Assembly (NCBI GenBank): GCA_044222065.1
Contig: JBGAOA010000013.1
Coordinates: forward strand, 1-56,515
Direction of reading: 5' to 3'
Source: Candidatus Eiseniibacteriota bacterium
GTDB taxonomy: Bacteria; Eisenbacteria; RBG-16-71-46
DNA length: 56,515 bases
Part shown: positions 47,945-56,515 of the stretch, one piece after another
Layout of the letters: every line of letters starts with the position of its first letter
Numbering within the stretch: position 1 is the first letter of the stretch
Notes under the pieces: model-generated
Seen by the model: the letters and a program-made list of their open reading frames with translations, nothing else
The model's database searches: none
What the model was told of the DNA's origin: nothing
Made by a program: the position numbers and the translations under genes

Positions 47945-49065
47945 GCGCCCGATTCGACGTCGCGATCGCCGGGCTCGGCGCGATGGGCGCCGCCGCCGCG
48001 TACCATCTCGCGCGCCGGGGCCTGCGCGTCGTGGGCTTCGACCGCTTCGCCCCGCCGCACGCGCTCGGTTCGTCGCACGGCGAGACGCGCATCATCCGCG
48101 AGGCCTACTTCGAGGATCCGCGCTACGTGCCGATCGTGCAGCGCGCGCTCGCGGCGTGGCGCGAACTCGAACACGACGCCGGCCGGCCGCTGCTCGTCGA
48201 GACCGGCGGACTCATGCTCGGGCCGCCCGGCGGCGAACTCGTGCGCGGCGCGAAGGCGAGCGCCGATGCGCACGGGCTGCCGTACGAGCTGCTCGAGGCC
48301 GCGCGCGTGCGCAAGCGCTTCCCGGCGATGGCGCCGCGAGAGGACTGGGTCGGCGTGTGGGAGCCGCGCGCGGGCGTGCTGTTCCCCGAGGCGTGCGTCG
48401 CGGCGCACCTCGAGGCCGCGCGCCGGGCGGGCGCCGAGCTGCGCACCGACGAGCCGGTCGAGCGCTGGAGCGAAGACGGCGCGGGGGTCCAAGTCGAGAC
48501 CGCGCGCGGCCGCGTGTCGGCGGGATCCCTCGTGCTCGCCGCCGGCGCGTGGCTTCCGGCGCTGCTCGACGGTCTCGAGCTGCGACTCGAGGTCGCGCGG
48601 CAGCCGCTCGTGTGGTTCGAGCCCGCGCCGCCCGTCGAGCGTTTCGCGCCCGAGCGCTTCCCGGTCTGGATCTGCGAGCACGAGGCGGGGCGCTACCTCT
48701 ACGGGTTCCCGGCCTTCGGCGGCCGGCTCAAGGCCGCGATCCACGGCGAGGGCGAGGTCGGGCCGATCGACGCGCTCGACCGCGGCCCGCGCGCCTCGGA
48801 CGTGAGCCTGCTCGCCGCGCCGCTCGAGCGGCTGCTGCCGGGCTCGACCGCGCGCGCTCTCGAGACGGCGGTGTGCTGCTACACGAACACGCTCGACCGC
48901 CACTTCGCGATCGGCCCGCATCCCGCCCACGCGAACGTGTTCGTCGTGAGCGCGTGCTCGGGCCACGGGTTCAAGTTCGCGAGCGCGATCGGCGAGGTCG
49001 TGTCGCGCCTCGTCGCGGGCGAACCCGCGGGCTTCGACCTCGAGCTGTTCCGCATCGGGCGCTGA
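47941..49065 (+). CDS. solA: N-methyl-L-tryptophan oxidase / monomeric sarcosine oxidase-like FAD enzyme
   Basis: GLGAMG, GSSHGETRIIREAY.E, CCYTNT.D..F, CSGHGFKF. Confidence 0.85.
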   Translation: MSARFDVAIAGLGAMGAAAAYHLARRGLRVVGFDRFAPPHALGSSHGETRIIREAYFEDPRYVPIVQRALAAWRELEHDAGRPLLVETGGLMLGPPGGELVRGAKASADAHGLPYELLEAARVRKRFPAMAPREDWVGVWEPRAGVLFPEACVAAHLEAARRAGAELRTDEPVERWSEDGAGVQVETARGRVSAGSLVLAAGAWLPALLDGLELRLEVARQPLVWFEPAPPVERFAPERFPVWICEHEAGRYLYGFPAFGGRLKAAIHGEGEVGPIDALDRGPRASDVSLLAAPLERLLPGSTARALETAVCCYTNTLDRHFAIGPHPAHANVFVVSACSGHGFKFASAIGEVVSRLVAGEPAGFDLELFRIGR

Positions 49066-49078
49066 GCGCGCCCGCGCG

Positions 49079-50407
49079 TCAGGTCTTCGCGGCGAGCCGG
49101 CGGTGTTCGCGGCCGAGCGCGACCACGACCGCGATCCACGCGAACACGAGCACGAGGTTCACGCCGGCGAGCTGGCGCGGCCCCCACTGGAGCTGCGTCG
49201 CCGCGAACACGAGGCCGCTCGACAGCAGGTCGCCGCCGCGCACGAAGAACGAATCGATGGCGGCTTTCGCCTTGTACTTCGCCTCGCGCGAGGTCGGCAG
49301 GAACAGCGCGTGGCGCGCGGTGTTCTGCAGCGAGTAGTCCACCGCGTTCTCGGCCACCTTCGCGACGCGCACGACGGCGAGCAGCGGCGCGAACGCGAGC
49401 AGGCCGTAACCGCCGAGCGCGATCGCGGGCAGCACGAACAGCGCGCCGCGCACGCCCGCGAGCCGGATCACGCGCGAGACGAGGAACGCCTGCGCGAGCG
49501 CCGCGACGACGTTCACCCACGCGAAGTAGTCCGCGTAGAAGCCGCCGATGAAGCGCTGCGTCCATTCGCCCGCGTCGCCGGCGCCCGCGGCGCCGGCGGC
49601 GACGCGCCGCGCGGCCTCGATCGTGACGGTCTTGCCGAGGATGTACTCGCCGTTCGTGTTCACGAAGTTGAGCGCCAGCATGAGCAGCGCGATCAGCAGC
49701 AGGTAGCGGTCCGCGAACACGAGCCCGAACCCGCCGCCGGGGGCGAGCGGTGATTCGGCCGGGCGCCCGTCGGGCACGCGCGCCTCGCGCGCGTTCACGG
49801 CGTGCGTGAGCGCGATGCAGCCGAGCAGCAGCGCCGCGCCGACGAGCATGAGCGGGTAGACGCCCACGGCGCCGATGAGCTGCTTCGCGAGCCACGCGCC
49901 GAAGATCGCGCCGCTCGTCGCGCCGAAGCCGACGATCGCGAACAGCCGCTCGCCCTGCTCCTTCGTGTAGACGTCGTTCGCGTACGCCCAGAACTGGGCG
50001 ACGATCATCATGTTGAAGATGCCGACCCACAGGAAGAACGCGACGCCGAGGAACGGCGTGCGCGCGAGCGCGAGCGCGTAGAACACCGCGAGGTTCGCGG
50101 CGAAGAACAGCGTCACCCACGTCACGAGCTGCACGCGGTTCACGCGGCTCGCGAACCGCCCGTACGCGGGCACGGCGAAGAGCAGCAGCGCGGCCATGCC
50201 GGCCGCGGCGTAGCTCTTCACCTCGGCGCCGCCGCCCGCCAGGATGAGCGGCTCGCGCGCCGTCTTCACGAGGTAGTACGCGGTCAGCAGCAGGAACACG
50301 TTGAGCATCAGCAGCAGGGCGGTGACGCCCTCGCCGGCGCGCACGTCCGCGAACGGCGCGAGCAGGCGATCGAGGAACGAGCCGCGCGCGCGTGCCTCGC
50401 CGCTCAT
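49079..50407 (-). CDS. NTT/TLC-family (ATP/ADP translocase-like) transporter
   Basis: YYLVKTARE, AQFWAYAND.Y...GERLF, DYSLQNTAR..LF.P...KYKAK..ID....RGGD. Confidence 0.85.
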   Translation of the reverse strand: MSGEARARGSFLDRLLAPFADVRAGEGVTALLLMLNVFLLLTAYYLVKTAREPLILAGGGAEVKSYAAAGMAALLLFAVPAYGRFASRVNRVQLVTWVTLFFAANLAVFYALALARTPFLGVAFFLWVGIFNMMIVAQFWAYANDVYTKEQGERLFAIVGFGATSGAIFGAWLAKQLIGAVGVYPLMLVGAALLLGCIALTHAVNAREARVPDGRPAESPLAPGGGFGLVFADRYLLLIALLMLALNFVNTNGEYILGKTVTIEAARRVAAGAAGAGDAGEWTQRFIGGFYADYFAWVNVVAALAQAFLVSRVIRLAGVRGALFVLPAIALGGYGLLAFAPLLAVVRVAKVAENAVDYSLQNTARHALFLPTSREAKYKAKAAIDSFFVRGGDLLSSGLVFAATQLQWGPRQLAGVNLVLVFAWIAVVVALGREHRRLAAKT

Positions 50408-51711
50408 CGCGCGGACCCGGAAGGCTCGAAGCGCAACGCGTCGAGCGAGTCCACGGCGCCGCCGCCGCGCACGCGGAACACGTCGAAGCGCGCGACGCCG
50501 TCGCGATCGCCCGCGGGCGGCAGCACGAGCCGCGCGTAGTGATACGCGCGCACGGCGCGGAGCGAGGCGCGTTCCACCGCGAGTCCTTCGGGCAGCGGGC
50601 GGGCGAGTTCGCGGTCGCGTTCGGCCGGCTCCACGGGGTAGAGCGGCGCGCCGCCGCCCGCGGTCGTGACGTGCCAGAAGCCGCCCTCGGGCGTCCGCAC
50701 GCGCACCCGCTGGTAGAGGTGCTCGTGTCCCGCGAGCACCGCGGTCACGCGCCCGCGCGCGCACAGCGCGAGCAGGCGGGCGCGACGCCTCGCGGCGGGA
50801 GTGTCGTGCGCGCCGCCCCAGTCCTCGGTGTAGTGCCCGGCCGAGAGCAGCGGATGGTGGAGCACGACGAACGTGAAGCGGTGGGGCGCGGCGAGCTGCG
50901 CTTCGGCCCACGCGAGCTGCGCTTCGGCGAGCGAGTCCTCGAGCGCGCTCGCGCGCCGGTCCTGCGCGTCGGTGAGCACGTTCGAGTCGAGGAACAGGAA
51001 GCGCGCGTCGCATTCGCTGACGTCCACCGCGTACCAGAGCCGCCCGGGTTCGGCGGCCTCGCCGGTCGCGGCGCGCCAGTCGCGCTCGGCCTCGGGCTCG
51101 TACGTGCGCTCGTGGTTGCCGGGTGCGGCGAACAGCGGGATCGCGCGACGCAGCGGCGCGACGCGCCGGACCCAGTCCTCCCACAGTCGCCCGCGCCGGC
51201 CGTCGCGCACGACGTCGCCGGTCGAGATCACCGCGTCCGCCGGCAGCGCCCGCTCGAGGGCGGCGAGGACGCGACCCTCGCCGCCGCCGTTCGGGCGCTG
51301 CGTGAACGTCGAGACGAGGTCGCGCGGCCCGTCGAGGGTCGGAACGAACGCGTTCACGAGGAAGACCGGCAGCCATAGCAGTCCGCGCCCGAGCTTCGCC
51401 GGGTCCGTGAACGTCGTGTGCTTCACCGGGTAGTAGGCAGGCGAGTTCGCCTCCATGCGGAAGCCCGGGCGGTTGTCGCCGTAGACGAGGAACGTGCGCG
51501 GTGCGTTCGCGCGCGCGGGGGCGAGGTCGCCCGCGACGTGGCGCGCGCGGTCGGTCGAGCCCGCGCGGAACGCCGCCGCGCCGCCGTCCGCGAACGCCTA
51601 CATCGCGCCCGGCGCCGGCGCCGCGCCGCGATAGGGCGCGAGCGGGGCGCAGCCGAGGACGGACGAGAGCGCGAGCGCCGCGGCCGCGCCGCGCGCGATC
51701 GCGCTCGTCAC
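50404..51711 (-). pseudogene. Lipoprotein calcineurin-like metallophosphoesterase with in-frame TAG at 51598-51600
   Basis: GTG 51711 overlaps the upstream stop; lipobox VLGC; YGD, GD, GNHE, HHP, GHEH motifs continue in the same frame across the stop. Confidence 0.75.
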
Positions 51712-53021
51712 GGCACGCGCTCCGCGCGAGCCTCGGGCCGCCAGTGCGCGACGAGCCGGTCGCGCCGCTCGATCAGCGTGCGCGCGAGGTACTCGGCCGC
51801 GCGCGGGTCCGAGTAGCGGCCGCGCGCGACGGCGGCGCGGATCAGTTCGTCGCTCATGCCGCTCAGGATACGCGCTCCCCAGCGAACGTCGCGCCCGGTG
51901 CGTTCGTCGAACGCCGGGTTGGGGTAGTCCGGGCGCCAGTTCGCGGGATCGAATGCCCGCGACTCGATGAAGCCGATCGAGGGGTAGTGCGGGTCCTCGA
52001 CCGACTCCCACGCGAACGGCGCGAGCCCGAGCGTGAGCGCGGACTTCGCCATCACGCCGTAGTCCACGAAGTACTCGCCGCCGGTGGGGTAGGAGCGCGC
52101 GGCGAGCGCGCCCGAGCCGAGGCACGAGCCGAAGTCGATCAGGAAGTGGCGCACGAACGACCGGCCGCCCTCGGTGACCCAGGTGTCGAGCGAGTTCGGG
52201 CCGCGGACGTCGGCGTGGTTCGTCCACGCCGCGATCGTCCACAGGCCGCGCAGCTCGCGGCGGTGCTGGTGCGGCACGAGGTCCTCGGGGTCGTCCCTGC
52301 GGCGCCCGCGGTATTCGAACGGTCCGAGCGGCGTGCCGGGCAGCAGCCGGCTCGCGAGCGCGCGCACGGTGCCGTCGGCGCCGCGCGGCAGCTTGCCGAG
52401 CACGTCGTTGAAGAACTCCTGCGAGATCGGCCGCTTGCGACCGAGCGCGTCCACGTACGTCGCGCCGTCCGCGACGGCGAGGCTCTCGGGCCGGAAGTAC
52501 ACGATCGCGTTGTCCGGGACGTTGTAGCCCGCCGCCCAGTACAGGTAGCTCGCGACGACGTCGGCGCCGGTCGCCATCTCGGGGAACTTCGGCGGATCGA
52601 ACTTGAGGATGAAGCGCTCGCCGCGCGCGTCGCGGACGAAGAACCCCGGCGTGACGCCCTGCGTCTTCGCGCGCGTCACCTCCCAGCGTCCGGGTGCGGG
52701 GCCCGTGCCCGGGCCGGGGCCCGACAGCAGGCGCTCGACCGAGATCTCCTTGAAGCCCGCGCGCGGCTGCCACCACGTGCTCGGCAGGCGCACGTCGTCG
52801 CGCTCGTCCACGTTCGCGGCCTCCCGCGGAAGTCCCGCGATCCGGCGCGCGAGGCGCGCCGGGTCGAGCACGCGCGTGATCGGGCGCACGACGCTGTGCT
52901 CGAGGTTGTCGTAGTAGTACGAGATCTCCGTCGCGCGCGGACGCGGCGCGTCGGCCCGCACGTCGCCCGCGGCGAGCACGCCGAGGCACGCGAGCGTGCC
53001 CGCGATCCGGCGCGCGCTCAT
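51708..53021 (-). CDS. Secreted atypical kinase-like protein (HipA/PI4K/CotH-like motifs)
   Basis: Signal peptide; FILKFD, EMATGA...GYNVP, HADVRGPN (DxxxxN), LIDFG. Confidence 0.65.
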   Translation of the reverse strand: MSARRIAGTLACLGVLAAGDVRADAPRPRATEISYYYDNLEHSVVRPITRVLDPARLARRIAGLPREAANVDERDDVRLPSTWWQPRAGFKEISVERLLSGPGPGTGPAPGRWEVTRAKTQGVTPGFFVRDARGERFILKFDPPKFPEMATGADVVASYLYWAAGYNVPDNAIVYFRPESLAVADGATYVDALGRKRPISQEFFNDVLGKLPRGADGTVRALASRLLPGTPLGPFEYRGRRRDDPEDLVPHQHRRELRGLWTIAAWTNHADVRGPNSLDTWVTEGGRSFVRHFLIDFGSCLGSGALAARSYPTGGEYFVDYGVMAKSALTLGLAPFAWESVEDPHYPSIGFIESRAFDPANWRPDYPNPAFDERTGRDVRWGARILSGMSDELIRAAVARGRYSDPRAAEYLARTLIERRDRLVAHWRPEARAERVP

Positions 53022-54373
53022 TCGACGCCTCCGATCGAGAAGCTGAAGCGCACCGCCTCGCGGCTCCAGTCCACACCGAGCGCGCCGAGCGGCGCGACGG
53101 TCGTGCGCGGCCGGAGCGCGACGCCGAACGAATGCTCGAGCCGGTCGAGCCGCGCGTCCGAGAACAGGTCGTCCATCACGGAGCCCCACTCGGCGTGCAG
53201 GTCCATCTCGAAGTGCTGCGCGAGCGGGAACAGGTAGGTGAGCCGCGCGAGCACGGCGTCGCGGTCGCGGTAGCGGTAGGGATCGAATCCCTCGAGCCCG
53301 GCGCTTCCGCCGAGCAGCGCGTGGTCGCCGAGCAGCAGCACCGCTCCCGTGTCGGCGCCCGCGAGATGCGTCGCGCGGACGCGCAGCCGCAGCGTGCGCG
53401 GGTCGCGGCGGAACGACGCGCCGGCCTCGGCGTCGAGCGTCGTGCGCGTGAACGAGGCGGCGTCGCGAGCGCCCTCGGCGTCGCGCGCTTCGAAGCGCTC
53501 GGCGGCGAGTGCGACGCGCGCGCCGCGCGACCAGTGCGGGGCGCCGGCGCGGCCGTCGAGTTCGAGCCGCGCGCCGCCGAACGCGTGCGACACCGCCACG
53601 TCGAGGTCGCGGGCCCGGTCGGGGAAGCGCGCCTCGATCGAGGGGTCGTCGCCGAGTTCGCGTCCCGGCAGTTCGCGCATTCGCCGCAGTCCCGCCCACG
53701 CTTCGAGCGACGGGCGCCACGCGTGCTCGCCGCGCGCGAGCGGCACGCGCCCCGCGATCGTGCCGCGCTCTTCCTTGCTCGCGAACCGCGAATCCTCTTC
53801 GGGCGCCGCGGCGGGACCGAGTCCGTAGAACTCGTCCGAGCTGCGCCAGTTCGAGACGTACTCGGCGTACAGCTGCGGACGGCCGGCGCGCACGCGCGCG
53901 CGAGTGTATTTCATCGTCGAGCCGCTCCACTCCGCGGTCACGAGGCGGCCGAACGCCGGCGGTGAGTACCCCACGGCGAGTCCGAAGCCCGTGCGATCGC
54001 CGAGGCTCGCGGGCTCGATCCGGATCCCCGCCTGGAGCGGCGCGAGGAAGAAGAACAGCGTCTTCGGGACGACGAAGGACTGCTCGACGTGCAGGAGTCC
54101 CGCACGCGTCGCCGCGCCGAGCGCCGACAGCGGCAGCGTCGCGACGCGGCCCGGCAGCCGCAGCGCGGTCTCCCACGGCTCGCCGTCGCCGACGGGCCGC
54201 TCCGGCGTCCACGGCGGTGCGCTCGTCGCCGCGAGCGGATCGGCGGACGCGGAATCCACCGCGGCACGGGGCTCCGCCGCGGCGCACGCGCGGGGGGCGA
54301 GCGGCGACGACGGTTCGACGGAGGAGAGCGTGACGACGGCGAGGACGAGGAGGAGCGGGCGAGCGAAGCGCAT
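53018..54373 (-). CDS. Omp85/BamA-TamA-like outer membrane beta-barrel without POTRA domains
   Basis: Signal peptide; FYGLG, LGG...LEGF.PYRYRD (variant of the lid motif), amphipathic C-terminal strand VRFSFSIG. Confidence 0.7.
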   Translation of the reverse strand: MRFARPLLLVLAVVTLSSVEPSSPLAPRACAAAEPRAAVDSASADPLAATSAPPWTPERPVGDGEPWETALRLPGRVATLPLSALGAATRAGLLHVEQSFVVPKTLFFFLAPLQAGIRIEPASLGDRTGFGLAVGYSPPAFGRLVTAEWSGSTMKYTRARVRAGRPQLYAEYVSNWRSSDEFYGLGPAAAPEEDSRFASKEERGTIAGRVPLARGEHAWRPSLEAWAGLRRMRELPGRELGDDPSIEARFPDRARDLDVAVSHAFGGARLELDGRAGAPHWSRGARVALAAERFEARDAEGARDAASFTRTTLDAEAGASFRRDPRTLRLRVRATHLAGADTGAVLLLGDHALLGGSAGLEGFDPYRYRDRDAVLARLTYLFPLAQHFEMDLHAEWGSVMDDLFSDARLDRLEHSFGVALRPRTTVAPLGALGVDWSREAVRFSFSIGGVE

Positions 54374-54543
54374 CGGGTCGGGGCACTATTCGGGGCCGTG
54401 GCATCCAAGTCAACGACGACCTTGCGCGAATCCGAGTTGCCGGTCGAATGCGGGACGAAAGGTCTCGAACGCGCCCCTCCGCCCTTGTCGCTCGCGGCTC
54501 GCGCCGCTAGCGTCCACGGCGTTTCCAGACCCACCGAGGTTCC

Positions 54544-56515
54544 ATGCTCGCCCGCCTCGCCCGACACCTCCGGCTCGAAGTCGTCGAACTGCAGCGCGCC
54601 CTGCTGCTGTCCGCGGCGCTGTTCGCGCTCACCGCTTCGTACACGCTCGTCAAGACCGCGCGCGACACGTTCTTCCTCGTGTCGTATCCCGCGAGCGTCC
54701 TGCCGTGGGTGTTCCTCGCGGTCGGCGCCTTCGCGCTCGCCGCCACGCTCGTGTTCTCGCAGTTCACGCGCCGCCGCAGCCCGGTCGAGGCGCTCGCGCT
54801 CACTTCGATCGTTTCGGCGCTCGTGCTGCTCGGATTCGCGTGGGCGCTTCGCGCACGCGTCGCGGCGGCGCCGTTCGCGTTCTACCTGTGGGTGAACGCG
54901 TACGGCGTCACGCTGCTGTCGCAGTTCTGGATCTACGCGAACTCGGTTTCCGATCCGCGCGAGGCGAAGCGCATCCTGGGTCTCGTCGGCACCGGCGGAA
55001 TCCTCGGCGGACTCGCGGGCGGTCTCGTCGCGGGACCGATCGCCTCGGGTCCCGGCACGGTCGCGCTCATCGCGGCGGGCGCGCTGCCGCTCGCGGGCGT
55101 CGCGATGCTCGTGTTCTGGCGAGTGCGTCACCACGCCACGACCACGGCCGTCCGGGAGCCCGTCGCGCCGGGGCGCCCGCTCGCGAACGCCTACGTGCGC
55201 TGGCTCGCGCTCTCGGCGCTGTGCTCGGTCGTCGTGACCGGACTGCTCGACTACCAGTTCAAGGTCGAGATCCAGAGCCGCTACGCCGACCCCGCGCGGC
55301 TCGCGTCGTTCCTCGGCGCCTTCTACTCGCTCGTGAACCTCGCGTCGCTCGGCGTGCAGGTGTTCTTCACGCGCTGGGCGCTGCAATCGCTCGGCGCGGG
55401 CTGGTCGGCCGCGGTGCTGCCGACGGGGCTCGGGATCGGCGCCGCGCTCACGCTGCTCGTGCCCGGCTTCGGCTCCGTGCTCACGTCGCGACTCTGGGAC
55501 CAGGTGCTGCGCCAGTCGCTCAACCGCGCCGCGAACGAGATCTTCTACTTCCCGCTCGAGCCGGGGTTGCGCCGCCGCGCGAAGCAGCTGATCGACGCCG
55601 GCATCGAGCGCGCGGGCGACGGGCTCGCGGGCCTCGTGATCCTCGCGGCCGGCGCCGCGATGAGCGTGTCGGTCGGGCTCGTCGCGGTCCTCGTCTCGGC
55701 GCTCGTCGTGGGCTGGGTGCTCGCGTGGATGGGCGTGCGGCGCGGGTACGTGAACGAACTCGCGAAGAACCTGCGCCGGATGAACCTGGAGCACCGGGAG
55801 GAGTCCGTGTCCCTGCGCGAGGCGAGCCTGCTCGCCGAGATGCAGCGGCTGATCGACTCGCCGTACGAGCGCGTCGTGCTGCACGGCGTCGAGCTGATCG
55901 AGGACAACGCCCCCGAGGCGCTCGAAGCGATCGTGCCGCGCCTGCTCGCGCACGCGTCGTCGGCCGTGCGTTCCCGCGCGCTCTCGATCGTCGCGGCGCG
56001 GCGCCTGTCCTCGTTCGCCGCCGCCGCGTCCGAGCATCTGCACGATCCCGATCCCGCGGTGCGGGTCGAAGCGCTGCGCGCGCGCTGCGTGCTCGAAGGC
56101 GGCTCGGCCGACGGAGCGATCGACGCGTTCCTCGAGGATCCGGACGTGCGGCTGCGCGCGGCGGCGCTCGAGCTGCTGGTCGAGTTCTGCGGCGATCTCG
56201 ACTTGCCGCGCGTGCAGGCGCGGCTCGAGGAGCGGCTGCGCGCCGGCGCGCCCGAGGAGCGTCGCGCGATCGCATCGGCGCTCGCGCGCCGCGAGCCGCC
56301 GCACCCGCTCCACGACCTGCTCGGCGCGCTGCTCAAGGACCCGGTGCTCGAGGTGCGCCGCACCGCGCTCGAGAGCGCGGGCGCCGTGCAGCGGCGCAAC
56401 CACATTCCGATCCTGCTCGAAGCGCTCGGCGAGCGCGCCACGTGCGCCGCCGCGCGCCTCGGGCTCGCGCGCTTCGGCGACAAGGTCACCGGCACGCTCG
56501 CCGACTACCTCGCGG
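54544..56515 (+). CDS. NTT/Npt-family transporter domain fused to HEAT repeats (3' truncated by the window)
   Basis: Not in the ORF track; manual frame MLARLARHLR...YTLVKTARDTFF, SQFWIYAN...REAKR, LDYQFK, RRRAKQLID...R.GD, RRGYV, then HEAT repeats DPDP.VR. Confidence 0.85.
   Translation, partial: MLARLARHLRLEVVELQRALLLSAALFALTASYTLVKTARDTFFLVSYPASVLPWVFLAVGAFALAATLVFSQFTRRRSPVEALALTSIVSALVLLGFAWALRARVAAAPFAFYLWVNAYGVTLLSQFWIYANSVSDPREAKRILGLVGTGGILGGLAGGLVAGPIASGPGTVALIAAGALPLAGVAMLVFWRVRHHATTTAVREPVAPGRPLANAYVRWLALSALCSVVVTGLLDYQFKVEIQSRYADPARLASFLGAFYSLVNLASLGVQVFFTRWALQSLGAGWSAAVLPTGLGIGAALTLLVPGFGSVLTSRLWDQVLRQSLNRAANEIFYFPLEPGLRRRAKQLIDAGIERAGDGLAGLVILAAGAAMSVSVGLVAVLVSALVVGWVLAWMGVRRGYVNELAKNLRRMNLEHREESVSLREASLLAEMQRLIDSPYERVVLHGVELIEDNAPEALEAIVPRLLAHASSAVRSRALSIVAARRLSSFAAAASEHLHDPDPAVRVEALRARCVLEGGSADGAIDAFLEDPDVRLRAAALELLVEFCGDLDLPRVQARLEERLRAGAPEERRAIASALARREPPHPLHDLLGALLKDPVLEVRRTALESAGAVQRRNHIPILLEALGERATCAAARLGLARFGDKVTGTLADYLA

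Noticed and set aside
51598..51600. Pyrrolysine or amber recoding
   Set aside because: TAG is a normal stop in other genes here and no pyl genes are visible; mutation or error is more parsimonious.
1..56515. CRISPR arrays, tRNA, rRNA, transposases or integrases
   Set aside because: No regularly spaced repeats or recognisable signatures found by eye; FG-GAP and HEAT repeats are protein-level only.

Overview
High-GC bacterial window. Three secreted proteins end in FlgD/T9SS-like C-terminal domains, which is compatible with an FCB-group or Eisenbacteria-like organism (lineage is inference only). Contents: a frameshift-ridden first 3.5 kb (HNH-family relic, SirB1-like gene, mutY); a TetR-TolC-MFP-RND efflux operon; a surface-glycan tailoring operon; a TPP riboswitch ahead of a solute symporter and TonB receptor; an ABC exporter; a HEAT protein with a degenerate GT2; a TrmO-GNAT fusion; a DUF4160/DUF2442 toxin-antitoxin insert flanked by a 17-bp direct repeat; a NERD-helicase with an AlkD-like gene; glutamine synthetase III with a structured leader; and an M4/M36-like protease. 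The main discovery is at 44.1-47.9 kb. Three homologous 44-50 aa peptides, absent from the ORF track, share an ELFxAVxxxELxExREL-type leader and have variable aromatic/hydrophobic cores. They sit upstream of an RRE-M50 peptidase and an LpxL-like acyltransferase with a putative C-terminal RRE, and a CPBP protease lies divergently. This looks like a candidate lipidated RiPP cluster. A second unusual system at 49-56.5 kb links an Omp85-like barrel, a secreted atypical kinase, a lipoprotein phosphoesterase and two NTT-type nucleotide transporters.
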